Assembly: GCF_009914755.1 (NCBI RefSeq) | Contig: NC_060939.1 | Origin: the human T2T-CHM13v2.0 reference genome, Homo sapiens | DNA length: 64,000 nucleotides | Direction: 5' to 3' (one strand) | Part shown: positions 26,756 through 40,359 of the stretch, piece after piece | Position numbering within the stretch: position 1 is the first letter of the stretch | Layout of the letters: each line of letters starts with the position of its first letter | Made by a program: the position numbers and the translations under genes | Notes under the pieces: model-generated | The model's input: only the letters and a program-made list of their open reading frames with translations | Databases searched by the model: none | What the model was told of the DNA's origin: nothing

Positions 26756-27754
26756 GGAGAACCAATGGTTCCCTGTGTTTTTATATATAAAATACAGATA
26801 ACGGATGTGTAGGTAATGATCACACTGCTGAAATGAACTTGATACAAATAAATCTTAGTCACTAGTGAGACTTTAACAGGCCTTTCCTCTGTTTTACTTT
26901 TTACCCCCTTTCCTCCCCTTTGTCTTTGTCCTCACAATCTAAGGCCTTGTTTCTTCACTTTTACCAAGTAGTATGTTGAAAAGAAAAGGCCTGGCCATTC
27001 GTCTCCTCCTCCCCTCTTCCTCCTCCTCTTTGCCTTCCTTGTTCCCTTCCTCCTCTGCTTTCCTCTTTTCTCCCTTCTCTTTTTCTCTCTCTTTTATTTG
27101 GCTTGAATGTCGAGCTTAGCGGTTGAAATCCTTCAACAGGCAGTTCTCTCATCCTGTCTGTCACTCACATAAATGAGCCTGGACTAGCATTGTCTTGACT
27201 GATCCTAAAATTTTATTTTCAGCACACCAAAACCAGCTTTTCATGACCAGCTTTTCATATCCACCTTCTTGATTCTTTAGCTTCTAGACAGTTGTCTCCA
27301 TCCATTCCTCTTTCTTAATCTTTCAGATCTCTGCTATTACTTGCTATTCTTGCAGGTCGTTATCCAAAGAGCACGCCCCATTTGATGTATGCATTACCTT
27401 CACTAAAATCCACTTTTCATCGCCATTACTCCCACTCTTTCCAGGCAGGGATGCTTTTAAATACACACACATATTTGAGGAAATGAAATTTGTTGCTTAT
27501 ACTTTCCAGAATTGGCCATTTACTAAGATTCTGTATATCTAATTCATAATTACTTTTGTTTCTTGCATAGGACAATTCTTCTATTTCTTATTACATAAAA
27601 CTGTGCCCCAGCAGTTTATCCCTTCAGGAGATGGCAATTAGGAGAAGAAATATTTTCTAATTCTTACCCTGCTTTCATTGTTTCTAAAAAATCTGTCTGA
27701 GGGTAATCCATAGGCTAAACAGAAATTATAAACTCCCTTTGAAAATTGATTCTT

Positions 27755-28444
27755 TTTTTAACATAAAATTCACATAACATAAAATTTATCATTTTAAGAA
27801 TTTTAAAGTATGAATAATTCAGTGGCTTTTAGTACATTCAAAATATTGTGCAAACATCACCACTGTCTAATTCCAGAACATTTCCATCACCCCCAAATAA
27901 CTCCCATACCTGTGAGTAATCAATCCCAATTTCATTCTACTTTCAGCCCCTGTAAACCACTGATCTACTTAGTGTCTCTCCAGAGTTTCCTTTTTTGGAG
28001 ATTTTATTTAAATTGAATCATAGAATATGTGGCCTTTTGTGTCTGGCTACTTTCAATTAACATAGTGTTTTGAAGGTTTTTCCATGTTGCAGTATGATCA
28101 ATACTTCAGTCTCTCGTATGACTGCATCATATTCCACTGTAAGGATGTACTACATATTGTTCATTCATCAGTCAATAAACATTTAGGTTGTTTCCACCTT
28201 TTGGCAACAATGAATAGTGCTGTAATAAACATTTGTGGTGAATTTTTTTGTGTGAATGGTTATCTTGGTTTTTATATACCTGGGAGTGGAATTGCTGGGT
28301 CATATGGTAACTCCATGTTGAAAGTTTTGAGGAACTGTCAAAAGTGTTTTCTACTGTAGCCGTAGCAGTTAACATTCCCATCAGCAAGGTGTGAGGCCTG
28401 GAATTTCTCCATATCCTTTCTAGCTCTTGTTATTCTATGGGGGG

Positions 28445-28475
<31 letters not shown>

Positions 28476-29930
28476 ATTTTATTACAGCCAAGCTAGTGGG
28501 TATAAAATGGTATTTCATTATGGCTTTAATTGGCATTTCTCTAATGAATAGTAATGTTGAGCATTTTTTAAAATTTATTTTTTTCACACTATTGCTGGCT
28601 TGAAGATTGAACATCTTTTCATGTGCTTATTTTCCATTCATATACTTTGTTTGAAAAAATGACTGTTCAAACTCTTTGCACGTTTTTAAATAAGGTTTTT
28701 AGTGTGATTATTGTTGAGCTGTAAGGGCTATTTATATATTTTGGGTCCTAGACCATCATCAGATATATGAAGTGCAGATATTTTCTTCCCTTATGTGGGT
28801 TGTCTATTTACTTTCATAGTGTTCTTGGATACACACACACACATACACACAAATTAATTACTATGAAGTTAAACTTGGTAATGTTTTTGTTTGCTGATTG
28901 TATGTTTGGTGTCATATTTAAGAAACCATTGCTTGATCTAATGTCATAAATATTTATACCTGAATTTCCTTCTAAGAATTTTATTATGCTCTCAGCTTTT
29001 GCATTTAGGTAATTAATCAATTTTGAGTTAATTTTTATATATGCTTGAGTCTGGGGTCCAAATTCAAAGTTTTGCATGTGAATATCCAGTTGTTCCAGCA
29101 CCATTTGTTGAAAAGACTATTCTTTCTCAATTAAGTGGTCTTGACATATTTCATTGAGAATCAGTTGATCATAGGCATGAGTTTACTTCTGGGCTCTATT
29201 CCACTGATCTCTATGTCTGCTTTTATGCCTATATCACAGTATTTTGATCACTGTACTTTCGCAATAAGTTTTGAAATCAAGAAATGTAAGTCCTTTAAAC
29301 TTATTCTTTCTTTTCAAGATCATTTTGGCTATTTGGGATTTTTGAATTTTCATATGAATTTTAGAATTAGCTTGCCAATTTACGCAAAACAGCAATTAGC
29401 ATTTCAGTAACGATTGCATTGTATCTGTCAATTTGGAGAGTGAGGCCATCTTAATGATATTGAGTCTTCCAATGTATGAATATGGGATGTCTTTCCATTA
29501 ATTTATTTCTACAACTTTTTTTGTAATTTTCAGTATTTAAATCTTTTACTTCATTACTTAAGTTTGTTCCTGGGTATTTTATTCTTTTTGATACTATTGT
29601 AAATGGGATCGTTTCCTTAATTTTCTTTTCACATAGTTTGTTGTTAGCTTGTAGAAAAGTAGCTGATTTTGTATGTCGATTTTGTATCCTACAACTTTAT
29701 TGAATTTATTTATTTATTAGCTCTAACAACTTTGTGGCATTTTGGGGATTGTCTATATATATAAGATCAAATCATTCACAGACAGGTAGTTTTACCTCTT
29801 CTTTTTCAAACTGCATGTCTTTTATTTCCTTTTCTTGTCTTATTGCATTAGCTAGGAACTCCAATACAATGTTGAATACACATGGTGAGAGAGGACATTC
29901 TTGCTGTGTCCCTGATCTTGCAGGGAAAGT
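27755..29930 (-). mobile_element. L1MB (MB7/8-like) 3' end and ORF2 part; (TG)n at ~28447-28475
   Basis: aattcagtggcttttagtacattca...tctaattccagaacatttccatcacccc; tatccagttgttccagcaccatttgttgaaaagact. Confidence 0.88.
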
Positions 29931-29934
29931 TTCC

Positions 29935-30210
29935 AGGCCTATTCTAATGTCTGCTGCCTGAGAAAATGGATAACAGTTGGGACAAACAATATACCAACCA
30001 AAACTCTTGGGAGGAAGGGCTGGGAATGAGATGTTTTGGGAATAAGGGTTTTGAAAATGTCTGACATATTTCTGGGATCTCAGCAGTCAAATGCAGTCCC
30101 AGGGCTGTTCACAAGCTCAGGAAAGACCTAAGAAGACCCAAAGCAATCACCTCTGGCAGACCTCTAGGCTCTGTGAAACCAGGATGTAAAGTCTAAGGCA
30201 GAGACTAATG
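29935..30210 (+). mobile_element. Old L1M 5'UTR-like fragment, opposite orientation to its flanks
   Basis: aggaaagacctaagaagacccaaagc...cacctctggcagacc...ctaaggcagag resembles L1M4-type 5' region as I recall it. Confidence 0.45.
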
Positions 30211-30227
30211 CATTTATGCTTGTAAAT

Positions 30228-31702
30228 GTTATACATACATATATAAAAATATATATTATTTTAATATGTATTATTTCAGTAGCTTTTGGGATACAAATGG
30301 TTTTTGGTTACATGGATGAACTGTATAGTGTTGAAGCTTGAGATTTTAGTATACTTGCTGCTTGAGCAGGGTACATTGTACTCAATGTGTAATCTTTTTA
30401 TTCCTCAGTCCTCTTTCACCCTTCCCCTTCCTGAGTCTCCAATGTCTTGTTATACCACTCTGTATGACTTTGCATACCCATAGCTTAGCTCCCACTTGTA
30501 AGTGAGAACATATGGCATTTGATTGTTCATTCCTGAATTACTTCACTTGGAATAATGGCCTCCAGCTCCATCCAAGTTGTTGCAAAAGACATTAGTTCCT
30601 TCTTTTTGTGGCTGATTAGTATTCCATGGTGTATATATTATCACATTTTCTTTATCCACTCATCAGTTGATGGGCACTTAGGTTGGCTCCATATCTTTGC
30701 AATTGTGAATTGTGCTGCCATAAACATTCATGTGCAGGTGCATTTTTGATATAATGATTTATTTTCCTTTGGGTAGATACCCAGTAGTGGGATTGCTGAA
30801 TTGAATGACAGATCTACTTTTAGTTCTTTGAGAAAACTCCAAACTGTTTCCCATAGAGATCAGATTAATTTACATTCCCACCAGCAGTGTATAAGTGTTC
30901 CCTTTTCACCACATCCACCCAACATCTACTGTTTTTTGACTTTTTAATAATGGCCATTCTGATTGGGATAAGATGGTATCTCATTGTGGTTTAAATTGCA
31001 TTTCCCTGATTAGTGATGTTATACATTTTTCTCATGTTTGTTAGCCATTTATATATCTTTTGAGAAATGTCTATTCATGTAATTTTCCCACTTTTTATGG
31101 GATTATTTGTTTTTTTCTTGCTGACTTGTTTGAGTTTCTTGTGGATTCTGGATAACAGTCCTTTGTCAGATACATAATTTGCAAATATTTTCTTCCATTT
31201 TGTGAGTTGTCTGTTTACTCTGATGATTTTTTTTATTATGTAGCTTTTTAGTTTAATTAGGTCCCATCAATTTTTTTATTATGTTGCATTTGCTTTTGGG
31301 GTCTTAGTAATAAACTCTTTGCCTAGGCCAGTGTCCAGAAGTGTTTTCCCTAGGTTTTATTCTAAAATGTTTATGCTTTTGGGTCTTAAATTCTTTGATC
31401 CATTTTCAGTTGATTTTTATAGGTAGTTAGAGATCAGTTTCATTCTTCTACATGTGGCTATTCAATTTTCCCAGCATTGTTTATTGAATTGGGTATTCTT
31501 TCTTCGATTTATGTTTTCCTATGCTTTGTTGAAGATCAGTTGGTTGTAAGTATTTGTTTTTATTTCTGAGCTCTCTATTCTGTTCCATTGATCTATGTAT
31601 CCACCTTTATGTCAGTACCATGCTGTTTTGGTTACTATAACTTTGTAGTATAATTTGAAGTCAGGTAATGTGATACCTCCAGATTTGTTCTTTTTGCTTA
31701 GG
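30228..31702 (-). mobile_element. L1PB (PB2/3-like), 5'-truncated
   Basis: tttggttacatggatgaactgtatagtg 3' end; perfect 16-bp TSD atttatgcttgtaaat (30212-30227 / 31703-31718). Confidence 0.92.
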
Positions 31703-31719
31703 ATTTATGCTTGTAAATT

Positions 31720-32155
31720 GCTTTTGACAGTGTTCCATGGGGTAACAGCTTTAGCACTAGGTAATTTCCCAGTCAGGTTGGATAAATACTGGCCTTTTGA
31801 GCGGATCTTCCAGGGAATCATTACTACATAAGAATTCTTTGTTACTTTGTTACATTCTGCTCCCTCAGATATTGGTACTTGGAATGATGACTGTTATTTT
31901 CAAGACTGCTGTTGAGCTGGGTAGCAAGGGATAGGACTAGGGTAAATCAAAACACAAATTCATGCTTCTTACAGAGAGTTAGCCAGTTTTTAGTTTGCAT
32001 GCTTGTGTTAAAAATGTTATCTGGATTGCATCAATCTTTGGTTAGATTCCAGAGTTCTGAAAAGGTTGATTCCAATAGTTTTGGCCAGATTTTTAAATTA
32101 TTTTCAGGGAGAATCATGTTCTTAGAGTCTTTTAATCTGCCATTTTCTGTAACAT
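31720..32155 (-). mobile_element. Old L1M 5' end fragment
   Basis: ccagagttctgaaaaggttgattcc...ggccag resembles the reverse L1M4/L1MB 5' terminus. Confidence 0.55.
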
Positions 32156-34867
32156 CTGGGAATTGATTATCGAAGAACAAGATCTCCCCTTTCCTGGATA
32201 GCTTGATAAATGGATCACACCCACTGGGCATGTTTAGTCTGGCCAGAAGAAAGAGGATTCATGTGGGGTTCTCTCCACCCCCATGTTGCCATATTTTTCC
32301 AGAGTCAATATAATAGAATTCTAAGTATTTAATATTATGACTCATAGCATTTTATGTAACCAATATCAGTAATAATGCAATTAAAAAACAAATGCTAAAT
32401 TTATACAGCAGTTTTAAAATGGTAACAATGGGAATGTATATTATCAGTTTATTTTTCTCCCTACCATACTGTGGAAGAGGGGTTTTTATTAACCTTCTAA
32501 CATAAAGGATGAACAAAATTATGAGTAAATAATTCTGCCTGTCTTCAGATGAATCCTGCTGTTGCTAGAGGTTATCAGAAAGAATAATTGATTGAGTGCA
32601 TCCACTATAGATGTAGTTAGGCTAAGGTCAATCACTTTCTATAAAAGGGAATAAGAAAAAGCTGAGGAATTATTTGCCTATCTTGGATATCAGCTAACAT
32701 TTCCTTTAGGAAGGGGAAGGACATAGATTATGAAGCAACTTGGGCAAATAGCACGGGACTGGGATTCAAGATATAGTTCAAATCACTAATTCTATGTATA
32801 GCCTCTAAGGCTCTCTGAAGCTTAATTTTTGTATAATTTCTGAAGGGATTTGTTTAGGCCTAGGTTGCAAGCAAGAGACAATGACATTACATCCTCCTGC
32901 TGGATAATGCTTGTGTTCTATTGAATCAAATGGACACATACACAACAAGATTATCACCGACTTTTAGAATTTTTGTGTTCTTGAACAAGTTTTATTAGAG
33001 TTATTCAATGGCATTGGGTAGAATTAGCACACCAATAGGAATAAGGTTGAACTAGAAATAAGTCTAGCTGTGCTATACAAAATCCTGGTCAAGTTCTCAC
33101 TGTGGTCATACTTATTTTGGACTGCCAGAGCTAATGGAATTCCATACAAGGAATTTAATAAGTTCTATTACAGGTCTAAGAACATGGGTAAGACATCTTG
33201 AGGCTCACCATTTTACTTTATTGGTTCAATATGCAATAGTTATTCCACTTAAATGATCACACTGTGATTTTAGGATTGTCTGGCAAACCCTAGAGGAGTT
33301 CTATTTTGCCACGTTGGAAATGAGACTGTCATGATAAACGTTTCTAGTAATTTTTTTCACTTATTCTCTCAAATTGCACTATGTAGAGAGGCAAGAAGTA
33401 GTGTACAATGAGCAATGCACTATGACCGAAGGGATATGAGTGTTATTTTCAACGCTGCCTCTAACTCGGTGGCCTTAGCTGCTTGAATTGGCTTGGTAGT
33501 CTGGGTCCTCCTCTATTAAATGGATTGGATCAGTGGCTTTGCAAGTGTGATGTGTAGAATTCAAAGGGCTCTGTGAAGTTGCTTTGGGCTGCTCTAGGGT
33601 TTGAGAGTAGGTCTGTATAGGTAGGACTCTACACCCCCTTTTAACTATGACCGTTTTAATTGTTTGTTTTATATATTTGAGCCTCTGAGCACAAAAATCT
33701 TTGAGGGAAGATTCTGAGGCCCTGGAGGTCTGTTTCTGGAAGACTGCTCTTACAAATCTCTTTGGCCCATTGTCACTGAACTCCATGTTTCTGACTTAAG
33801 CACAACAAAACTGTACAACTTTAAAATTAATGGGAGTTCAACAAGTAGCAACCAAAGAACTAGCAGCACTCTTTAAGAAAGGTCAGCGGTTACAGGGAAT
33901 TGTGGGATGGTACAGTGTATGGAGCATCCTTGTCAAGTGCGCATTTATTGATAATGATGATGACACAAGTATTCTGACAGTAGCTAGATATTTTTGGTAT
34001 ATACATGTTCTTTTTTGCTGTAGTGCATTTTTATTTTTGTCATATTTTGCCAAACAGTAAATAAAGACATCATTAATATTCATGAGAGGTTGCAGGAAGA
34101 AAATGTTGAGTTTATTTTGCTTTCAGGGACACAAACCACTGAAGAGAATACGCTGTAAACTCGTCATTGGAGAATAAAATAGCAACAACAACAATAATGA
34201 TCTACCTAATTCTCCAGGGCACACTAAAAGCACACAGAGTTGCCTAAACTCATTTATGAAAGTGAAACACATTGTAAGGCCCCATATTTCACCTTTATGT
34301 CCTTTGATTTGACCCCTCACCCCCCAGAGTATACCTGAACCCATTCTAATTTTCTCACATATAGCAGAAACTTAAACTTAGATACAAAGCCAAAAGGGCT
34401 CCTTGGTACTATAATACGAATTATATTTAGCTGCCAATATTTGTATTTTCTCCAATAGATTGTGCTTTCCTTGGGGCCAAGGAATCTGTGTTCCCAAGAG
34501 TGCCTAGCACAGTATTTTGCCCATAGTTGAAATTCAATACGTGATTGTCAAAGTGAAAAGTTAAAGGACGTTTAGACAAAAAAAAAATCTAGGTCACAAA
34601 GGCATTTTTGCAGAACCCATGTAGATTTTCTGGCCTGAGTTTGCTGGCAGCTATGCTTAGGCTGGGACCAGTGGAAATGGGTCTAGAGCCTGCCTCAGAG
34701 TGGCCGACAAGTCATCTGAAGAATCAAGATGAGAACTTCCATTTCAAGCAACAGGGAAGGTGCTCCTCTCCTCTTTTAGGATTCATTGACACTTAGGAAT
34801 AAATATGCCACTCAACTGAAACCTCCTTCAGTTTGCATACTTGAGAAAATGATCACATTCTTCAGTA

Positions 34868-35406
34868 CAGCGATCTGCAAGCCACAGGCCATGGGCTGTT
34901 ACTGGGCCACAGACCAGGTACCTGGCCACATAGCAGGAGGTGAGCAGAGGTCAAGGAGCTAGTGAAGGTTCATCTGTATTTATAGCCACTCCCCATTGCT
35001 CACATTACTGCCTGAGCTCTGCCTCCTGTCAGATCAGATGTGGCATTGGAGTCTCATAGGAGCATGAACCCTATTGTGAACTGCGCATGCAAGGAATCAA
35101 GGTTCTGGGCTCCTTATGACAATCTAATGCCTGATGATCTGTCACTGTCTCCTGTCACCCCCAGATGGGACCGTGTAGTTGCAGGAAAACAAGCTCAGAG
35201 CTCCCACTTATTCTACATTATGGTAAGTTTATAATTATTTCATTATATATTACAATGTTATAAAAACAGAAATAAAGTGCACAGTAAATGTAATGCACTT
35301 GAATAATTCCAAAACCATCCCCCAATCCCACAATTTTTTCATGGTCTGTGGAAAAATTGTCTTCTACGAAACCAGTCCCTGGTGCCAAAAATGTTGGGGA
35401 CAACTG
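34868..35406 (+). mobile_element. MER1A hAT-Charlie element
   Basis: ctgcctgagctctgcctcctgtcagatcag, gaaccctattgtgaactgcgcatgc, aaaccagtccctggtgccaaaaatgttgggga; 8-bp TSD cttcagta/ctttaata. Confidence 0.93.
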
Positions 35407-35479
35407 CTTTAATAGAAATCCTACTTCCCAAATGCTTCCCATATTATTCTAAAGAGCAGACAGGATTGAGAAACATGAA

Positions 35480-36470
35480 GATCTGGAAAGAATATGGGCT
35501 TCGGAGTTCACGTCTTAGGTTCAAATCCTTCTGTGTCCACTGGCTGTCTCCATCATACTGAGTGTAGAGCAGTGTGTAAGAGCCTGGCTGGCTCTGTTAC
35601 CATTGCATTGTGTGATTGTAGAGCTCTCTGTATATCAGTTTCCCGTATGGTAGATGGGTATAATACTAATACTTGCCTTACAGGGTTGCTGTGATGATTA
35701 CAGAAGTTGTATGTGTAACACACGAGTAGTATGTGATCAAGGACTTAGTTCCTGTCTCATTGTAAATTCTATACAAGTAATTTGTATTGTTGTTGTTATC
35801 TACCCAACTAAGCTTCAGTTACATCATCTGTAAATGGGGTGGTAATATTTATCTTTAAAAGTTATGTGAAGGTATAAAATGACATTTTAGAAATCCTTGA
35901 TATATCATAAATATTCAATAAATTTGAGCTTTTATTTGTATAACATGATTATTATCTATTTGGATCTCAGTAGTTGATAAAAGCCTGTTCTATACATATG
36001 GTAATTGGTCATCCTAAAAGAGAGGCACACAAGTGGTCTTACCATTCCCCAGTTGTCCGTGTACCAGCTTTCTACCATGAATTGTTTCTCTCAGAAAGAA
36101 AAATTTGTTGGTCAGCTTGTTGGCATTTTACTACTGAATATAGAATTTAGGCTCAAGTAGACTTATAGGTTTTTGGCTTGATCTCTGAATGAGGACCTCT
36201 GATACAGAATCTGGAGTTTGATCATAATCATATCACTGAGAAAGGGTAAATTATTTTACTTCCCTGGCTTTCAGATTATTTTTAGGTAAAATGAAGGAAC
36301 TATAATGGAGCTATGATGAAGATTGAATACACTGGTGCAGTAAAGCACTTAATACAATACCTCTGGTTGCTTAGGAAATTTTAATCTCCTCCTTTCTTCA
36401 TCTATGAAGTCAAGCCTTTTCACTAGATTTCCTTTTTAAGATCATTTCCAACTTCAGCATTTAGTCTCTA
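35480..36470 (+). mobile_element. Cluster of several decayed MIR fragments
   Basis: Repeated cores: aggttcaaatcc, cagtttcccgtat, cagtttacatcatctgtaaatgggg, gtaaaatgaagga. Confidence 0.7.
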
Positions 36471-37070
36471 TGATTTTGTACATCGTGCGTTGGGATCTCC
36501 ATGGAATTTTTGCATCTTGATATCTTATGTCATTAGAGGAATTTTAGTGCAACAAAACAGTACTCTAATGCTGTTGAATATTAACATTTATTTTCTTACA
36601 ATTAGTTAAAATTAGATTGCCTTGACTATGCAGAAAAGGGCAAATATTTGAATCATGTACATAATGATTGGTATTTGCCAAAAATTCAAATTCATTGATT
36701 AGTCAAGGCCAAACATTTTGAGATCATCCAAGGATCTAGAGAAATTAATCCCATTATATGAATATGTTTTCTTTGTAAATCCTACTGATGACTGTTTGGG
36801 GAAAATAGTATATTAAAACATAAATATGGTTCAGAGAGAAGTCTTTTAAGCCAAAACATTCTAAAAGGTTTTGCTATAGTGTCTATCCATACATTCTGAA
36901 ATGCAGGTTAGATGTGTCATCCTTGCTTAACCACTGAGGAAATTAAAACACCAAAAAGAATGAGAGCTTCATCTATCTCCTAGCAAGGAAGGGACCGAGC
37001 TGAGATTAGAATGCAAATGGCACTATTATCTAGACTTAAATAAAACAATGTGTAACCCAAAATGTGTATT

Positions 37071-37166
37071 TATAAAATATTTCTAGAGTTAAATGACTCT
37101 ATTGGAGTGTATTTTCCCACTTACTATTCAATATTCCATTCGCATTTAACTCTAGGAGACACTGTA
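37071..37166. mobile_element. Small TA-flanked inverted-repeat element (Tc1/mariner-like MITE, family not identified)
   Basis: Perfect 13-bp IR ctagagttaaatg (37083-37095) / catttaactctag (37143-37155); right end ...gacactg-TA. Confidence 0.5.
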
Positions 37167-37894
37167 AGAACCACGGAGTGTTAAACTTGGGGCTTGAGAA
37201 TCAGAGTCCATCCTTGAATTTCACAAAAGAAACGACCGAAATCAAAAGAAGGCAAGATACAGCTGTTCGCATTTGCAGACCTGTATGTAAGTGGTCACCA
37301 CCTATGTGGTACAGAATGCGACATGTTTTTGTTGTTGTTGTTGTTTCATTTTTGGTTTTGTTTTTTAATTCTGGAGCTTGATTTTGTTTGCCTGGAGCCA
37401 CAGTAGGGTTTGTTCTCTATATCTCCTCCTCCCCTTTCTCTCCCCTAGCTGATTTCCATGCATTCTGGTTCCAAATACATTCTAAGGCCAAGTACATTGA
37501 AGAGAAATAATGCATACATGACCCAGAGTGGAGCTTAACTTAGATTGTCAAACCAACAGGGAGAGGAGAAAGAGAGATAGGAAGTCAGGGAAGGAGGGAA
37601 GAAGAAAACGATGGAAAAAAAAAAAAACCTCTTAAAAATCAACCTGTGAAACAAAACACTGCTTGCCAAATATGTGTCTGGCTCCTGTGGACTTTCTAGT
37701 TCTGCCTGATTACACATTTCCCCAGTAGGTTCCTGAATCTAAAAGAACTTACCTAGCTGAATGTAGGGGCAGGTTGCATAGAAAATTCTGTGTAACACAT
37801 GAATTTCCCTCCCTGTATTTCTGGCCCTTGTCCTTTGAGTTTCCTGGCAGAGTCAGGATTACCCAATCTGTACAAGCTTTGTGTAAAGGAAGGA

Positions 37895-38110
37895 ACCTGA
37901 GTCTGGAGTAAGGCAGTCACGGGTATGAATTCCAGTTTTGCTATTTAGAACTTGTGTGGCCTTGGATAAGTCACTCGATCACTCTGGAATTTGAAACCCA
38001 CCTTTAACATGGAATAAAGATAATTTCTTTTTTACAGTGTTCTGACTATAACAGATAATCTATATAATGCCCTGAATCAGGGGCTATATCAGATTAGGTA
38101 CTTCATATTT
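37895..38110 (+). mobile_element. MIR SINE
   Basis: ctggagtaaggcag...gaattccag...tgtgtggccttggataagtcactc. Confidence 0.75.
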
Positions 38111-38124
38111 ACAAGGGATTACTA

Positions 38125-38193
38125 TTAGTTGGTACAAAAGTAATTGCGGTTTTTGCCGTTAAAAGTAATGGCAAAAATCACTATTACTTTTAA
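38125..38193. mobile_element. MADE1 (Hsmar1-derived MITE), right TIR partly deleted
   Basis: TA-ttagttggtacaaaagtaattgcggtttttgcc-gttaaaagtaat-ggcaaaaatcactattacttt-taa-TA. Confidence 0.92.
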
Positions 38194-39739
38194 TATTTTT
38201 TTAAAAACATGCACTTGGCTATTTTGAGGTATCAACCCATTTTTGCCTGATTATCTGAAATTACTGTCAGTAGTTGCTTTACCAAGGTTTTAAATGCAGA
38301 ACAGCCACAGGATCCTCAAAGCTGAGCTGCTTATTCTGAATTTTCCTCCCAGTTGTTCCTTTGTGTTCTGCATAATACTTTGTAGACCTGGGTCAGGCTC
38401 AATCAAGTAAAACTTCATGCTAATGACTTAGGGTTGGTATGTGATGAAGAAGGAGCCATAGGGCATATGCATATGTATGAAAACTTGGGGGTCAGGCTTG
38501 AAGTTTTGTTAAATCTGCAAAAAACAGATATTGCATTAAACTACAAACTAATGACAGTTTGCTCAGGGGGTTGAAGGAGAAAATGTTATTGGTATCCTTA
38601 CGGTCAACTATATGCAGGATTGGAAATATATTTCTTTTTAAATAATATTATTTCCGATTATAAAAGCAACCCCTGATCATTATACAAAATCTGGAAATTT
38701 TAAACAAGTAGAGGTGACTCTCATTAACAAGAGAATACATTACATTTTAGTACATAACTAGGTGAATGTACTATGCATAGTATAGATGTATACCTACTAT
38801 GTAAACATTTCTTAGAGAACTGAGGTTAACCCCTATTATTAAACAGCTGTGGTCTATTACTAAAGCTGTTGATCATAGGTTGTTTGAGGATGTACTAGCT
38901 CTATATTACATTCTTGAAACTTCACCGTGTATATGTTCAGCATCCTGGAAACACACACAATCACTTATATATATTCACAAGGCTATACTGAGCACTTTTG
39001 CTTTGTGGGCTGCCTGAGAAATTGGAATCTCCAAACCTGAGTGGTTTTGGAATTTGAGAAGCCAACCAGTGAGAAATACAATTTTAGTACAAAAGGTGGA
39101 AGAGGATTCGAAGTAGAAGAAATAGCAAACAGTAAAACCTAGACTAGGAAAGTTCACTGTTGCGCATACCCAGACTTCACTCTCAAAATCTCCTTGCATC
39201 TCATAGCATCAACCCATGAACTGGTTATTTGTGTCCCAATATAACTTCTTACATCATCATTATCTGTGTCAGATTTTAAGAGCCCAGGAGGCAAGAATTG
39301 GGGCAATTTGACTATGTTTTTCATAATACCATGCAGAAATTGAAAAAAAAAAAGGCTTGTAATGATTTAATCGGAACCCAGCCCTTTGGGGAGTATTGAT
39401 TTTAACTTGAATAGTTACGTGGTAGGAAGATAATGGAAGTTTTCATTAGGCAAATTCAAGTCAGTATTGTTTTGTTCAATGTAAAACAGACAATAATAAT
39501 TAGGATTTAAGACATACCAGGAAATAAGAAAAAGTGGCAGAAAGTGTTTTTACTGCTCTGTGTACAATGCCTTGATATGGAAAATGATTTTAAATGGCAG
39601 AGCATAATGAAGTGGAGATCTCTGGTGTGTGAGTTTTAAGCTCTAGCAACTGGTGCTTTCTTGGGAAAAGAAAGCAATAGATATGTTGAGTGTTCTTGTT
39701 GAGTGCACTTGTCCAGTACTTGTAGAAGGACAGAATTTC

Positions 39740-40090
39740 ATTAATCCGCTCATTCATTTATTTTTCATGAAAATGATTGTTGAGCACCTACCATGTTCTA
39801 GGCTGCATTCTACATGCTTTGGATATAGCAATGGACAAAATTTGACAACAGTCCTTGCATGGAGTTTACAATCTCAGTGGAGAAGGTGGAAAATAAACTA
39901 AATATATAATATGATATCAGGTAGTGATAAGTGGTATAAATAAAAATAAGGCAGAGAAAAGGTTGGAGAGTATGTGGTTATGCTAGTTTAGACAGCATAT
40001 TTGAATGAAGGAGAGAGGAGAGTCAACAGTAACCAAAGGAAAATGAACCTTGGAGGCACTTACCAAACATTGGGAAGGGCCATAAGAAGA
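39740..40090 (-). mobile_element. L2 (L2a-like) 3' region
   Basis: cattcatttatt...gttgagcacctaccatgttctagg...cttgcatggagtttacaatct. Confidence 0.85.
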
Positions 40091-40124
40091 GCTGAGGAAC
40101 TTTGTGCTCAGAATAAAAAGGTCA

Positions 40125-40300
40125 CAGCATGGGGGAGTATGAGTGGCATGGACTTTAGAATCAGGTAGATCTGGATTTGAATCTTTTCCATTGAGCAAGA
40201 ACTTTGTGACTTAGGCCAAATTGGTTAAACTCTATGAGTCTCTGTTTCATCATCTGCGAAGAAGAATATCTTTTCTTCAGGGTTACTAAGGATTAGTCAT
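40125..40300 (+). mobile_element. MIR SINE
   Basis: catggactttagaatcagg...tgtgacttaggcc...ctgtttcatcatctg. Confidence 0.8.
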
Positions 40301-40359
40301 GCATCAAAATGGATAAGCTTAGTTTTCATTCTAATATCCTCAGCCCATTTCTTGATTAT

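Noticed and set aside
37290-37315. CTCF-like site (reverse ccacataggtggtg)
   Set aside because: Several mismatches at core positions
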